From contig CAYRNU010000001.1 in assembly GCA_964425795.1 (NCBI GenBank), positions 1-29,533 on the forward strand: a stretch of 29,533 nt of DNA, read 5' to 3'. Within the stretch, counting starts at the first letter, position 1; each line of letters begins with the position of its first letter. Made by a program: the position numbers and the translations under genes. Source of the DNA: an uncultured Candidatus Saccharibacteria bacterium. Lineage in GTDB: Bacteria > Patescibacteriota > Minisyncoccia > Phycocordibacterales > UBA1006. This document shows, one piece after another, positions 9,786-19,872 of this stretch. A model generated the notes under the pieces. The model made no database searches, was not told where the DNA came from, and was given only the letters and a program-made list of their open reading frames with translations.

Positions 9786-11548
9786 TAGTTATCTACCTTT
9801 TGACCACGTCCAACGCGCTGTGGATCTGGATCTGTAGAGTCTGAAGTACTAATAGTATTCAGTCTATTTCTGTCTCTTGGTTGAGATACGCTAGTTGCAG
9901 CTTGATCTAACATGCCATCACCGAACGTAGATCCATCTGGATTGACAATGATTCCACGTACAAACTGAATAGTCGTTCTATAAGAACGAGCACCATCAGC
10001 AGATACTGTGAAGCTATGAGATACGTTTTCAACATGAGCTAACACACTCACACCGTCAACAGTGCCTTTTTGAACTAGCTTAGCATTGAAGTTAGGATTT
10101 GGGTTAATCAACCCAATATCAAATTTAATATTATTTCCTACGCCGATATACTCGTTTTGACCATGCAATACAATAGTCCCATTAAGCATTCTATGAGTAC
10201 CGAAGTACCATTCGCGTAAGAGTTTAGTCCAAACTTCTAATTGGTCCCAATCGATTCCAACATCGTTAGCTAGACCGGTTGCAGTACCTTTAGAAGGAAA
10301 TTGTTTAGTATCGAAAATGAGAGGTCTAAAACCTTCACGGTTAAAAGAATCTTTGTCGTAAGCTTGAGCTTTACGCTTATACCAGTTAGCTACTATTTCG
10401 AACTCTTGGAATTGAGGTTTAATCTCAACGAAGTTGAACTTATCTCTCCAGTTAGTTCCAGCATTAACTGAAATAACTTCCATTACATCTATATCGTGAG
10501 TCTTAACATATTGAAAATAAGATCTTAAGGTATCAGAGCTTCCAGCTTGCGGGTCAAACCCTTGAAATGAGAAAGGTCTAATACGATTATAAAGTTTTAA
10601 TTGAACGCCTTCATCTGTCCACTTAAGGTCAGTAAACATCTCGTTCAGGGCTGGATTACTATTTTCTAACAGAATCTGCCAAAGAGTATGAGTTCCTTGA
10701 AGAGAGAATGGGTCAATAAAGCCGACTGCCTCTTTGTGATCAAAATACTCATCGTCACTCTTAAGTGAACCAGTAGTTAAAGATAATAAATCTTTCATCT
10801 CTATAGATGTAATAGGGTTTCCATCTTTATCTAAGAAATTAAAGAATTTGGCCATTTCAGCAGGAATAGAAAATTCATAGATAGCATTAGCAAGACGACC
10901 TACCTTGCTTTCATCTTCCGTGTATCCACCGACAGTCTTACCCATAACACCTAAGATGCTAGTTAAGTTTTCAACTACGGCAAAGCTTTGTGGAGAACCG
11001 TTCTTACCAAATAATGCATTTCGGATAGCAACGGCAGCACCATTACCTAAACTTTGTGGATCATTCGGCTCTGCAATTAAGTTATCGATATAAAGAGTCG
11101 AGTTAAAAACCGTTCCCCAATCAACACCAGAAACATAATATAAAGTTTTACGAGTACCGTCGTCATCTACTGTTGTTTCGCAGCGAACTGACTCGATACG
11201 ACCAATCATCTTGACTTGTTCAGGGTTAGCTGTCTTTAAGTCTTCTTCTTTAATTGGGATGTTAGACATCATGATGCAGCACCAGCTACCAGTTGTCAAA
11301 GTAGATACCCAGTTTTTATAAGGAGCTAAGACTAGATTAAATTGTCCATCAGGTTGTCCTTTAGATTTAGACGTCTGAATAGAAACACATGACAGAGTAG
11401 AAACGATAACCGGTAGATTTTCTTTCTCTACTCCAATTAAGTCATCTACACCTGTTGCATCAAATGAACCAGTTGGAACACCTACGCGATCAACGTAGTT
11501 CCAAACAAGTACAGCAGCATGTGGGGTTTTAATCTTATGGCCGCTCAT
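9785..11548 (-). CDS. Baseplate hub protein (gp27/gpD-like)
   Basis: 587 aa directly after tape measure; CVSIQTSKSKGQPDGQFNLVL, IGRIESVR...VSGVDWG and C-terminal AHVENVSHSF...RTTIQFVRG are typical hub segments. Confidence 0.75.
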   Translation of the reverse strand: MSGHKIKTPHAAVLVWNYVDRVGVPTGSFDATGVDDLIGVEKENLPVIVSTLSCVSIQTSKSKGQPDGQFNLVLAPYKNWVSTLTTGSWCCIMMSNIPIKEEDLKTANPEQVKMIGRIESVRCETTVDDDGTRKTLYYVSGVDWGTVFNSTLYIDNLIAEPNDPQSLGNGAAVAIRNALFGKNGSPQSFAVVENLTSILGVMGKTVGGYTEDESKVGRLANAIYEFSIPAEMAKFFNFLDKDGNPITSIEMKDLLSLTTGSLKSDDEYFDHKEAVGFIDPFSLQGTHTLWQILLENSNPALNEMFTDLKWTDEGVQLKLYNRIRPFSFQGFDPQAGSSDTLRSYFQYVKTHDIDVMEVISVNAGTNWRDKFNFVEIKPQFQEFEIVANWYKRKAQAYDKDSFNREGFRPLIFDTKQFPSKGTATGLANDVGIDWDQLEVWTKLLREWYFGTHRMLNGTIVLHGQNEYIGVGNNIKFDIGLINPNPNFNAKLVQKGTVDGVSVLAHVENVSHSFTVSADGARSYRTTIQFVRGIIVNPDGSTFGDGMLDQAATSVSQPRDRNRLNTISTSDSTDPDPQRVGRGQKVDN

Positions 11549-11550
11549 TA

Positions 11551-14430
11551 TTATTGATTAACCTCATCTTTACGTTGGTTCAAGTTAGTTAATCCCTCAG
11601 GAACGACAGGATTAGAGTTACTTGTTAAACCAGCTCTTGTAGATAACATTTTAACAGCAGCGTCGAACTTTGTAACGCTCTGATCAAATTTACCAGTAGA
11701 CGCTTTAAAATCCTTAGCAAATTCGCTAGCCGCAGTCTTAAATGTATCTTCGTTACCTACTCCACCCTTTTCAAACTTAGATTGTAAGTCTGTAAAAGTT
11801 TGAAGTGCTTTAGTAAATCCACCTAAACCATTTGAAGCTGACAATGCAGCCTCAGAAAGCTGTTTAAACCCAGATGTACGTAAGTTATCCATCTGTTTCT
11901 TAATGTCATCAACTCCGCCACCAGAAGTAAGTTCTTTACCTGTTGCGCCGTTAACCATTGGAGCCGAAACACCTTGGATCTCACGTAACAATTCAGCCCC
12001 GCCGCCTTTTCTAATTCTAGAAGCACCAGCGTTGAAGTCCATCAGCTCTTGACCAGACAAAGTACCTTTGTTGATCTTATCTAAAATACTGTCAGCATTC
12101 AATCCCATTGGTCTCGCAGCAGATTGAACTAATTGTAATTGCTTTTGTCTTAACGTAGTTTCAACTGCCTGATTTGCTTGACCAGGAGCTATATTTATAC
12201 CTTGGTTACGGAAAGCCTCTGAAGCTTTTGCTGGGTCACCCTGCAAAGACTTCAATGTAGCAATATCAAAATTACTTTGTAAGTTGATTGCTCCAACTCC
12301 ACCAAGATTCATACCTTTACCTGCGAAAGCTTGTTGTAAGCCCGCAGTATTAGCCATACCAGTGAAAGTTACTGAAGCATTAGTAGTTGTCTGCCTAGTA
12401 ATCTCTTGAGCTGTCATAGCTTGAGATAGTGCGAACTCTTTATTTGCTAAAGCAGGATTCATACTACTTGCTAATAGAGAAGAAGAAGCACCGATAGTAT
12501 CGATACCGATAGCAGAACCTAATGTACCAGCTGACAATGCAGCTGTGTTATCAACCATCATCGTGATTGATTTAGAAGAATCTAATCCTTTAGAAACAGC
12601 TGCAGATAAAACGCTTTCTAATCCAGCTTGTGGATTGTTAGCTCCACCAGCAGCAAGAGAAGACATTCGTCCCATGTTTTGAGCCATGCTTCCATATCCA
12701 GCGCGCTCTAAGTTACGAGAGGCGAAGATTTGTCCAGAATCAAAAGTTGAACCCATGTTCTGAACACCAGATTGAGCTTGTTCAATAAATTGCTCAGGAG
12801 ATATACGAGCATCAATCATTCTTTGTAGACCTTCAGGTCCAGAAGAATTTTGAATGAACGCAGAAGCTCTGCTTCCCATACCTTGACCAACAACATCTAA
12901 TCCTGTGTAAGTATCACGAAGACCTTGAGCTTGTGAAGCGCCAATAGCATTAATAGCTTGTTGCGCTGCCATCATTTGTTGATATCCAGCAATCTTATTT
13001 GAGTTTTCAGAAATACGTCGTGTTTGGTCGCCAGCGATAACTGCTAAGTTAGCTCCACCTTGTACAACGTTTAAAGCACCAGCTTGTCTATTAGCTTGTG
13101 CTTGTGAAGTGCTAACTCCATTTTCAACAGGATTTAAAGTGGTAGCTACTTGAACGCCACCAGCAACAGTTTGAGCGGCAGCTCCAGCAGTTTGCAATCC
13201 GTTAACAACGCGAGTAGCGTTTTTCATTTCATCGCCGAAGTCACCTGCTAATCCAGTTTGTCCTAAGGCTAATTGTGAAGCAATATCGCCGCTACGAGCT
13301 TTACGATACATGTCGTATTGCTGATTAGCGATACCTGCATAGCCAGCAACGTTGCCGACTTGTTGCATACGCTGACCGATCATGATCGTATTTGCAGCGT
13401 TACCTACGGCATTGAAACCAGCACCGAAGGCATTTAAGTTACTAATTAAATTGTTGCGACCATTTCCTGCGCCGCTAGCTTGAGCTTGTTCAAGTTTCTT
13501 TAAGTTTTCAGCAGACTCTTCTGCTTCTTGTCTTAAACTACTTAAGTCTTTAGTTGCATCTTGAGATGCTTCAGCTAACTCTTTTAACTTGTTAGCAAGG
13601 TTATTAGCTTGAGTAATTATTTCAGCATCTACGTTAGCATTAGCAATAGTAGTTGACTTACCACCTTGCATAATGTTAACTCCACCGCCCTGAACTTCTT
13701 TTGCTACACCGGCAGCAGTAAGAATTTGATCAGCACGTGAACCCATTCCAGCTAAGTTATTAAGTCTTGAATTAGGATCTTTACCTAAATTTCTTTGGAT
13801 CTGCATCGCGTTTTGGATAGCAGCTAATTCGCCCATGCTATCTTTAGCGGCAGTATATTGACCAAACGCTCCAGCAACAGCTGAAGGATTAGTCTCACCT
13901 TTTCCTACGAACATCCCATTAACAGCTGATAATGTATTACGTTGACGAAAGTTAATGTCACCCATTACTTCTTCGCGTCTAGCTTGAAGTGCTTCGTATG
14001 ACATACCAGACATTGCAAATCCACGATTTTGAGCTGCATCAGCTCCACGCATTTGATTTACAACACCATTAATTGAAGATTGAGAATAACGTCTATTTAA
14101 AACGTTTGCAGCTTCAGATTCAGCTCTAGCGATATTGTTCGCATCTAAGCCATTCATCTTTCCACGAACAGAGTACATCGCTCTGCCAATACGCTCTTGC
14201 TGCTCAGCATAGAAAGGAGTTTGTTTTACATTTGGATCGAGTCTAGCGCTCTCTTGTAAGCTTGCGCGTTCAGACTCAAGGCTATTCATCTGTGAAGTTA
14301 ATTTATCTCGTTGATTTGTGTTACGAGAATACTTCTGACCAATGCGTTCTAAGTCCGTTAATAACGGATCTCTGTCAATGCTATCAGCACTGCCATTCAT
14401 TGGACCTTTATTTGATTTGTTTATAGCCAT
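11551..14430 (-). CDS. Tape measure protein
   Basis: 959 aa, Ala/Gly/Gln/Asn-rich helical; lies between the chaperone pair and the hub. Confidence 0.8.
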   Translation of the reverse strand: MAINKSNKGPMNGSADSIDRDPLLTDLERIGQKYSRNTNQRDKLTSQMNSLESERASLQESARLDPNVKQTPFYAEQQERIGRAMYSVRGKMNGLDANNIARAESEAANVLNRRYSQSSINGVVNQMRGADAAQNRGFAMSGMSYEALQARREEVMGDINFRQRNTLSAVNGMFVGKGETNPSAVAGAFGQYTAAKDSMGELAAIQNAMQIQRNLGKDPNSRLNNLAGMGSRADQILTAAGVAKEVQGGGVNIMQGGKSTTIANANVDAEIITQANNLANKLKELAEASQDATKDLSSLRQEAEESAENLKKLEQAQASGAGNGRNNLISNLNAFGAGFNAVGNAANTIMIGQRMQQVGNVAGYAGIANQQYDMYRKARSGDIASQLALGQTGLAGDFGDEMKNATRVVNGLQTAGAAAQTVAGGVQVATTLNPVENGVSTSQAQANRQAGALNVVQGGANLAVIAGDQTRRISENSNKIAGYQQMMAAQQAINAIGASQAQGLRDTYTGLDVVGQGMGSRASAFIQNSSGPEGLQRMIDARISPEQFIEQAQSGVQNMGSTFDSGQIFASRNLERAGYGSMAQNMGRMSSLAAGGANNPQAGLESVLSAAVSKGLDSSKSITMMVDNTAALSAGTLGSAIGIDTIGASSSLLASSMNPALANKEFALSQAMTAQEITRQTTTNASVTFTGMANTAGLQQAFAGKGMNLGGVGAINLQSNFDIATLKSLQGDPAKASEAFRNQGINIAPGQANQAVETTLRQKQLQLVQSAARPMGLNADSILDKINKGTLSGQELMDFNAGASRIRKGGGAELLREIQGVSAPMVNGATGKELTSGGGVDDIKKQMDNLRTSGFKQLSEAALSASNGLGGFTKALQTFTDLQSKFEKGGVGNEDTFKTAASEFAKDFKASTGKFDQSVTKFDAAVKMLSTRAGLTSNSNPVVPEGLTNLNQRKDEVNQ

Positions 14431-14435
14431 ATACC

Positions 14436-14951
14436 TTACTCTTCAAAAGTGTCTTCAATGTCTTCACCAAAAGTTTCACCAAACGCTTTCTTACCTGCTT
14501 GGAGTTGTTCCTCCATCCATTTAATATTAGCGGGATCTTTTGTGGGATCTTTGATCGGCTCTTCTGCTTTCTTGGCTTGGGCACGTAACTCAGCTTCTCG
14601 CTCTTCACGTTCCATTTTCTCAGCCCAGTCTTCAGCTTGCTTTTCTTTATCCACTTCCATTTTAACATCTTCTTGCTCAAGTCTTTCTTCATCAGCTTTA
14701 GTTCGCTCAATGCGATCATAAAACTCATATAGAAGTTCTTCTAGAGTGTAAGATAAAAGAATAGGGTCTTTTAAGGGACGGTTATATGTTCTGGACCACC
14801 AGGATTGAAGAAAGAGGAGCATTTGCTCCTCTGAATCTAGATCAGCCCTTGCATTATAGGCTGCTAACTGCTTTATTGCTTCGAAGGTGCTTTGGGCTGT
14901 TTCGCTTGATCCGGAATTTTCTGAGTTTTCTTCTTTAGATCTTCTTTCCAT
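14436..14951 (-). CDS. Second tail assembly chaperone ORF (T-like; may be expressed as a frameshift fusion)
   Basis: Overlaps the upstream chaperone by 79 nt in the -1 frame; sits directly before tape measure. Confidence 0.7.
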   Translation of the reverse strand: MERRSKEENSENSGSSETAQSTFEAIKQLAAYNARADLDSEEQMLLFLQSWWSRTYNRPLKDPILLSYTLEELLYEFYDRIERTKADEERLEQEDVKMEVDKEKQAEDWAEKMEREEREAELRAQAKKAEEPIKDPTKDPANIKWMEEQLQAGKKAFGETFGEDIEDTFEE

Positions 14952-15274
14952 TGTTCCTCAGCCTCCTCAACTTTTCGAAACAGTGCTACTAAGCAATCTT
15001 CATCATCGATGAGAGATCCACCATTAGACTGCTTCCACCATTCTGGGGCGTCTATGATTTTAGCTCGTAACTGTGCAAGGATAACGGCAAAGCCAGTTAA
15101 TTCACCAGTAGGGTTAGGGTAATTTCCAAGCAGACGTGTTGTTTCAAGAGCCATCGAGTGCTTTTGACCAACATTCAATACGCATAGAACGGTAAAACGT
15201 CCACTGTATTCTTTGCCCATTGTAAGGCCAGTGTGTTCAAAATCAAATGTCTTTTCTTTACTAGGTAAATCCAT
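14873..15274 (-). CDS. Tail assembly chaperone (G-like)
   Basis: 133 aa between tubes and tape measure; RBS AAGGAG upstream; conserved-looking DAPEWWKQS segment. Confidence 0.7.
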   Translation of the reverse strand: MDLPSKEKTFDFEHTGLTMGKEYSGRFTVLCVLNVGQKHSMALETTRLLGNYPNPTGELTGFAVILAQLRAKIIDAPEWWKQSNGGSLIDDEDCLVALFRKVEEAEEQWKEDLKKKTQKIPDQAKQPKAPSKQ

Positions 15275-15296
15275 TAATGCTCCTTAATCAAGCATT

Positions 15297-15313
15297 ATTA
15301 TACCTAGATTATA
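15297..15313 (-). promoter_or_regulatory. Two TATAAT hexamers upstream of the chaperone gene
   Basis: Minus strand reads ctacTATAATctaggTATAATaatgcttgattaaggag. Confidence 0.5.
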
Positions 15314-15323
15314 GTAGGAAGCT

Positions 15324-15920
15324 TTAGAAACCGAAGTTTCTTAATTTATTAGCTATATTACTTAGAGTACTGCCATCAAGTCGACTTGGGGCATTGTTAT
15401 CTTTAGAGTCGTTAATACCTTCAGCTCTAGCTGGTTTTCTCTCATCTTGAAACCCAATGGCTTTCCATTGCAGAGTTACATTAGATAGTTGATCAACTCT
15501 GATATCTTCAGCTCGTGAAGTAATCATAGCCTTACCAGTGTAAAACAATAACTGATCGTTAACGTCTCTCACTTCGATTGTGATGTACTGTTGAAATAAG
15601 AAATTAAGTGCGTCTGGTTGCCATAACTCAGTTCCAGCTGATTGACCTGGAATATGGAGTGCTGACATAGTGCCGTCCACTGTGATTCTTTGTGGGGCAA
15701 GTTCTGCAGGAAAATAGTCGTCGATAGTGTTAATCTCAGTTACTGTCGTGTTGATTCTCCAAGAGATACCAAAACAGAAACCTACAACCTTACCGTTGAT
15801 TTTAAGAATAGTACGAGCACCAGACGAGTATTTCGCTGATGGCTTAGTAGAGAAAACACCAGAAACATTCTGTGCTAAGTTATCTCCAATATTGTTCGGT
15901 CTATTATTAAAACCTGACAT
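15324..15920 (-). CDS. Tail tube protein paralog 3
   Basis: SGARTILKINGKVVGFCFGISWRINT...AELAPQRITVDGTMS aligns with the two upstream tube paralogs. Confidence 0.75.
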   Translation of the reverse strand: MSGFNNRPNNIGDNLAQNVSGVFSTKPSAKYSSGARTILKINGKVVGFCFGISWRINTTVTEINTIDDYFPAELAPQRITVDGTMSALHIPGQSAGTELWQPDALNFLFQQYITIEVRDVNDQLLFYTGKAMITSRAEDIRVDQLSNVTLQWKAIGFQDERKPARAEGINDSKDNNAPSRLDGSTLSNIANKLRNFGF

Positions 15921-15928
15921 CTATATCC

Positions 15929-16522
15929 TTAAAATTGCTGGCCAACGCCAGAGAAGTCTGCTACGAAACTATCTTCGTCTACGTATAAAGCAACGAAGTT
16001 AAAGCGCTGTGTAGCTACGCCACGCTTAGATAATGAAAAATCTGATTGAGTAATTCTTACGTTACGAATGTTTGCAACACCGATATCGTTTCCATTTCCA
16101 GTCTTTTGATAGACTTGAATATCGAAAGTTACACCATTTGAAAGTTTACTAGGATCAAGAGCTTCGTGGGCACGGCCGTCATTTCCAACTCCGTTACGAG
16201 CTAAGAAATCACTTCCACTATTTCCCCAAGCTGTTCCCCAGTTACCGATACCGTTACCAGCATCGTTACCGACTACACCTTGTGGAAGTTTACCTTTAAC
16301 AGCATCTTCAACACCTTTAGCATAACGTACAACAGTGAAGCTCCCTGAAACCGTGTATCCGAGTGGTTCCACTGAAGATCCTTCATACATACCTAATACT
16401 TTAGGAGTTTGAGTAAGAACATTAACTGAATAAGATAAATCAGTGCAGAAGGCCATGGTCTTATCATTGACCTTCACTTTCGCGTTTGCACCCGTAATGA
16501 AGAAAGGTTTAATACCTGACAT
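15929..16522 (-). CDS. Tail tube protein paralog 2
   Basis: FITGANAKVKVNDKTMAFCTDLSYSV...VEPLGYTVSGSFTVVRY; C-terminal NVRITQSDFSLSKRGVATQRFNFVALYVD. Confidence 0.8.
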   Translation of the reverse strand: MSGIKPFFITGANAKVKVNDKTMAFCTDLSYSVNVLTQTPKVLGMYEGSSVEPLGYTVSGSFTVVRYAKGVEDAVKGKLPQGVVGNDAGNGIGNWGTAWGNSGSDFLARNGVGNDGRAHEALDPSKLSNGVTFDIQVYQKTGNGNDIGVANIRNVRITQSDFSLSKRGVATQRFNFVALYVDEDSFVADFSGVGQQF

Positions 16523-16542
16523 CTACACTGATCTCCAGTTAA

Positions 16543-17106
16543 TTACGATAAGTCTGTATCGCCAGAGTATGATGAATCGAAAGATTCGTCATCAGCTAAG
16601 ATACCAACAAAAGAAAGACGGTCAACTAAGATACCACGTTTATTCAACGAAGCACTCTTACGTGTGAAACGGCAATCTTTGATTGTGATGAACTCAACAG
16701 AGTCTGTCACAGTAGCAGTTCCACCAGCAGCAGTTGCGCCAGTTTGTTCTTTTTGGAAAACAGATAAATCCCATGTTTGAGATAACAAAATGTTTCCTGG
16801 GTTGATTTCGTTAGCGCCGTTTCCACCAGTAGTGTAATCGACTTTACCTAAACCGTTACCACCTGTGTTCGTTCCAGGCATATTGTTTGTCTTAGCAATT
16901 CCAGTGTAACGAACAACTGATAATTCACCAGCTACTGAGTAGTTTACTGGTTCGTTAGTTACTGCTTCATATCGACCCATTGTTTCGATAGGAATAGTAT
17001 CTACGGCTACTTGATATGATACGTCAGCTGCATAAGCAAACGTCTTACCGCCTACTTTAATCTTAGCATTCGCACCTGTGATAAATGAGGGCTTTTTACC
17101 TGCCAT
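16543..17106 (-). CDS. Tail tube protein paralog 1 (probable start MAGKKPS at 17106)
   Basis: First gene after the sheath; FITGANAKIKVGGKTFAYAADVSY...NEPVNYSVAGELSVVRY; RBS AAGGA before ATG 17106. Confidence 0.82.
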   Translation of the reverse strand: MAGKKPSFITGANAKIKVGGKTFAYAADVSYQVAVDTIPIETMGRYEAVTNEPVNYSVAGELSVVRYTGIAKTNNMPGTNTGGNGLGKVDYTTGGNGANEINPGNILLSQTWDLSVFQKEQTGATAAGGTATVTDSVEFITIKDCRFTRKSASLNKRGILVDRLSFVGILADDESFDSSYSGDTDLS

Positions 17107-17153
17107 TTGAGTTCCTTTTGGTCTTGTGGTTGACCTTACCATCCATTTTTTTA

Positions 17154-17170
17154 AGTTACATTATGTAACT
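17154..17170. promoter_or_regulatory. Perfect 17-bp palindrome AGTTACAT-T-ATGTAACT upstream of the tube genes
   Basis: 8-bp arms at 17154-17161 and 17163-17170; includes a CATAAT -10-like hexamer on the minus strand. Confidence 0.45.
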
Positions 17171-17199
17171 CATAGAATTAATATACACCATATTGAGTT

Positions 17200-17229
17200 A
17201 AAAAAGAAAGGGCCACCTTGCGGTAGCCC
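17200..17229 (-). terminator. Rho-independent terminator after the sheath gene
   Basis: Minus strand GGGCTACC-GCAA-GGTGGCCC followed by TTTCTTTTTT. Confidence 0.85.
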
Positions 17230-17259
17230 CTATTAGAAACTCAGGATGACTAGTCCAGA

Positions 17260-19479
17260 TTAAGCTGTTTGAGTTGCGCGTTGCAGAGTGATATCTGCTA
17301 ACACGAAATCGATACCTTCAACTAATTTCACAACTACTGCGATATTAACAGTGTTACCGTTAATTTGAACAACTAATTGTTTGAAACCGTTTTTAGCATC
17401 AGAAGTAGAAACAGTAATACCTTGAGCTAAGTAAGTTGCAAGGATAGCCTCACAAGTACTCTTAATCTCAGCAGCAGAAACTGTGTTCTTCAATCCAACA
17501 TAGATATTCTCTAATTGGTTACGGAAGTCGTAAGCCAATACGTCTGAAGCGTACAACACGTTACCACGGTTGTTAACCCAGTTTCCATCCTTATTGTAAG
17601 TTGTATTATCAACTACAAGGCGGAATCCACCAGTTTGAGGAGCTTCCCAGAACGTTAAAGCGTTCGCGATAGCATCGTCGTACTGTGTATCTGGATCAAA
17701 ATCAACAACGATATCTTGCTCAGCAGTGCTCATTGGTTGAGCCGTTTGACGGATACCTGACATGTTGAAGTATTTGAATGTCATTGGGTTACCAATTGGT
17801 GAACCACCGCGTGCACCAGCAAGTAATGCTGCGCCAGCCCATGGTTGGAACCACTTGATGTTACCTTCAGAATCTGTTTGACGAATGTCTTGGATTACCA
17901 TTTGGATGCGAGCAGCAGCCATTGTAGCAATCTTAACTTTAGCGTCAGAATAAGATCCTTTGAAAGATAAGTAACCTTGTCTTTCAGATTTTTTCTTAGT
18001 AGTAGACATCAAGCTTAAGTGAGTTTTCACGGCTTGGTGGATACCATCGATAGTATATGTAGAAGCAGCATCAGTCAATTGGTCAGCAATATCATCAGCG
18101 GCATCGCGTGAGAATAAAGGAACAACAGAGTTAACACGGAACTTCTCGAACTTACTTAATGCAGTAACGATATCAGCAGAAGCAGTAGCTCCTTTTGAAC
18201 CGCCAGATAAGTAAATAGCATTTGGCACGCCTTGTTGATCTGGAAGACCAACTTTCTTAACGCTTGATTGGCTCACTAGAGGAATTAATTCAACTTGTGA
18301 AGACAATGCGAAGAAGTCAGCAACTTTTTTAGCATCTTGTTTGATGCGAGCAGGCATAGCACCTGAAGCAGCATGAAATGCACCAGTTGCAGCAACTTGG
18401 TCTAATACTGAAAGAGACAATTGTCCTAACAATACTGAACCAGCTTGTGCGATCCAACCTGGAAGTGTGTTTACGTAATCAACTAAAGCTTGAACATTTG
18501 GGAAGTCAGCTTTATTTAATACATAAGAAGTAGGTGTTGCGCCAGTTTGTGAAAGAGTAACTGAAGAAGCAGACACCGCTACAGTTGCAGCAGTTGCGCC
18601 ACCAGTTGAATCACGACCCATCATCAACACGATTTCGCCACCAACTGTTTGACTCTCTTCAAGAGTAGTAACAGGGTTACGAACAGTTAATGTAGCCATT
18701 GGTTCAGAAGCAGCAGCAGTCCAACCAGCAACGTGGCCGATTGATACAAGTGCTGTACCACCAGTGATTTCCATTGAACGACCAGAACCATTTTGATTCA
18801 AGTTAGATCCAGCAGCCATTGCAATTTCAATTGATGTTCCATCGGCTGATACTTCCCAGCTAGAACCCATTGCAGTTTGAATAGCAGCAGCTAAAGCAGC
18901 AGCGTTCGCGTACGAAGCAGCAGCGATAGTTGAAGTAACAGAAGCACCACCGTTTTGACGAGCGATGATTGTGTCGTTAGATGCAGAAGTAATTACTACT
19001 GGGTAAGTTGGAGCTGATCCAGTTACCGCAGCAGGAGTTTCTGCCGTTAATACGTTTTTAAAAGTAATTTGATTTCCTGACGTTCCCCATTGACGAGCAC
19101 GAAGACGACCGAAATCAGTTGCACCAGCTTCGATTGAAGCAAGTTCAGCACGAATAGATGCGTTTGTTTTGTAGATGTAAATCGCTTGCGCTCCACCTGG
19201 GATTGCACCGTCTGCTCCAGGAGCAAACAAGAAGTTACATGCGTCTACTAAATTACCGCGTCCATATTTGTCACGGATTTGAGCCATTTGATCTGGACCA
19301 AATACGTTATTAGCGATGTTTGTTTCTGCAGAGCCAGGAGCTCCTGCATCCGCTTCTCCAAATACTGCAACGATACCAGTTGGAGAAAGAGGAAATCCTC
19401 CGCCAAGGTCGATTGTAGTCTTAGAGTAAGCACCTGGTTTGAAAATGGTTGCACCATTAAAGCTTACATTAATTGCCAT
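17260..19479 (-). CDS. Contractile tail sheath protein
   Basis: 739 aa; N-terminal FNGATIFKPGAYS...GIVAVFGEADAGAPG; C-terminal sheath domain LYASDVLAYDFRNQLE...VVVKLVEGIDFVLADITL; RBS AGGAG. Confidence 0.92.
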   Translation of the reverse strand: MAINVSFNGATIFKPGAYSKTTIDLGGGFPLSPTGIVAVFGEADAGAPGSAETNIANNVFGPDQMAQIRDKYGRGNLVDACNFLFAPGADGAIPGGAQAIYIYKTNASIRAELASIEAGATDFGRLRARQWGTSGNQITFKNVLTAETPAAVTGSAPTYPVVITSASNDTIIARQNGGASVTSTIAAASYANAAALAAAIQTAMGSSWEVSADGTSIEIAMAAGSNLNQNGSGRSMEITGGTALVSIGHVAGWTAAASEPMATLTVRNPVTTLEESQTVGGEIVLMMGRDSTGGATAATVAVSASSVTLSQTGATPTSYVLNKADFPNVQALVDYVNTLPGWIAQAGSVLLGQLSLSVLDQVAATGAFHAASGAMPARIKQDAKKVADFFALSSQVELIPLVSQSSVKKVGLPDQQGVPNAIYLSGGSKGATASADIVTALSKFEKFRVNSVVPLFSRDAADDIADQLTDAASTYTIDGIHQAVKTHLSLMSTTKKKSERQGYLSFKGSYSDAKVKIATMAAARIQMVIQDIRQTDSEGNIKWFQPWAGAALLAGARGGSPIGNPMTFKYFNMSGIRQTAQPMSTAEQDIVVDFDPDTQYDDAIANALTFWEAPQTGGFRLVVDNTTYNKDGNWVNNRGNVLYASDVLAYDFRNQLENIYVGLKNTVSAAEIKSTCEAILATYLAQGITVSTSDAKNGFKQLVVQINGNTVNIAVVVKLVEGIDFVLADITLQRATQTA

Positions 19480-19511
19480 TGTTAAGTCTCCTGAGTCAAG
19501 TTTCTGACTTC

Positions 19512-19520
19512 ATTATAACA
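19512..19520 (-). promoter_or_regulatory. Extended -10 promoter TGTTATAAT upstream of sheath
   Basis: TG-N-TATAAT, 32 nt upstream of ATG 19479. Confidence 0.6.
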
Positions 19521-19538
19521 TGAGTGTTCGGCTAGGTA

Positions 19539-19832
19539 TTAAGCTAGCTTGACCCCATATTTTTTTAACGCTTCATCAAAGTCTGCCATTGTAGATACCA
19601 TAGGTACCTTGCGTCCTTTGAAATCGGCCTTGATAATTTCCTTCTTGTGAACTGCTGGAATCTGGCTACTTCTGGCAGCCCACCATCCATCAAATTCAAC
19701 CTTAACAGCTTCGGCCTTTGGTGCCTGTACTGCTTCAGCTTCAACTTGAGGAGTTTCTTCAACAGTCTCAATTTCTTCGACTTGATCGATTTGCTCTTCA
19801 GCATCTCTATTTTGTCTATTTTTCTTTCCCAT
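19539..19832 (-). CDS. Small hypothetical virion-module protein upstream of sheath
   Basis: RBS AAGGAG; acidic N-half and compact C-half ending FDEALKKYGVKLA; a small gene occupies this position in Twort-like phages. Confidence 0.7.
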   Translation of the reverse strand: MGKKNRQNRDAEEQIDQVEEIETVEETPQVEAEAVQAPKAEAVKVEFDGWWAARSSQIPAVHKKEIIKADFKGRKVPMVSTMADFDEALKKYGVKLA

Positions 19833-19872
19833 ATCTGGTACTCCTTGTTTATATTTTAACTGGCCTGCCCAC

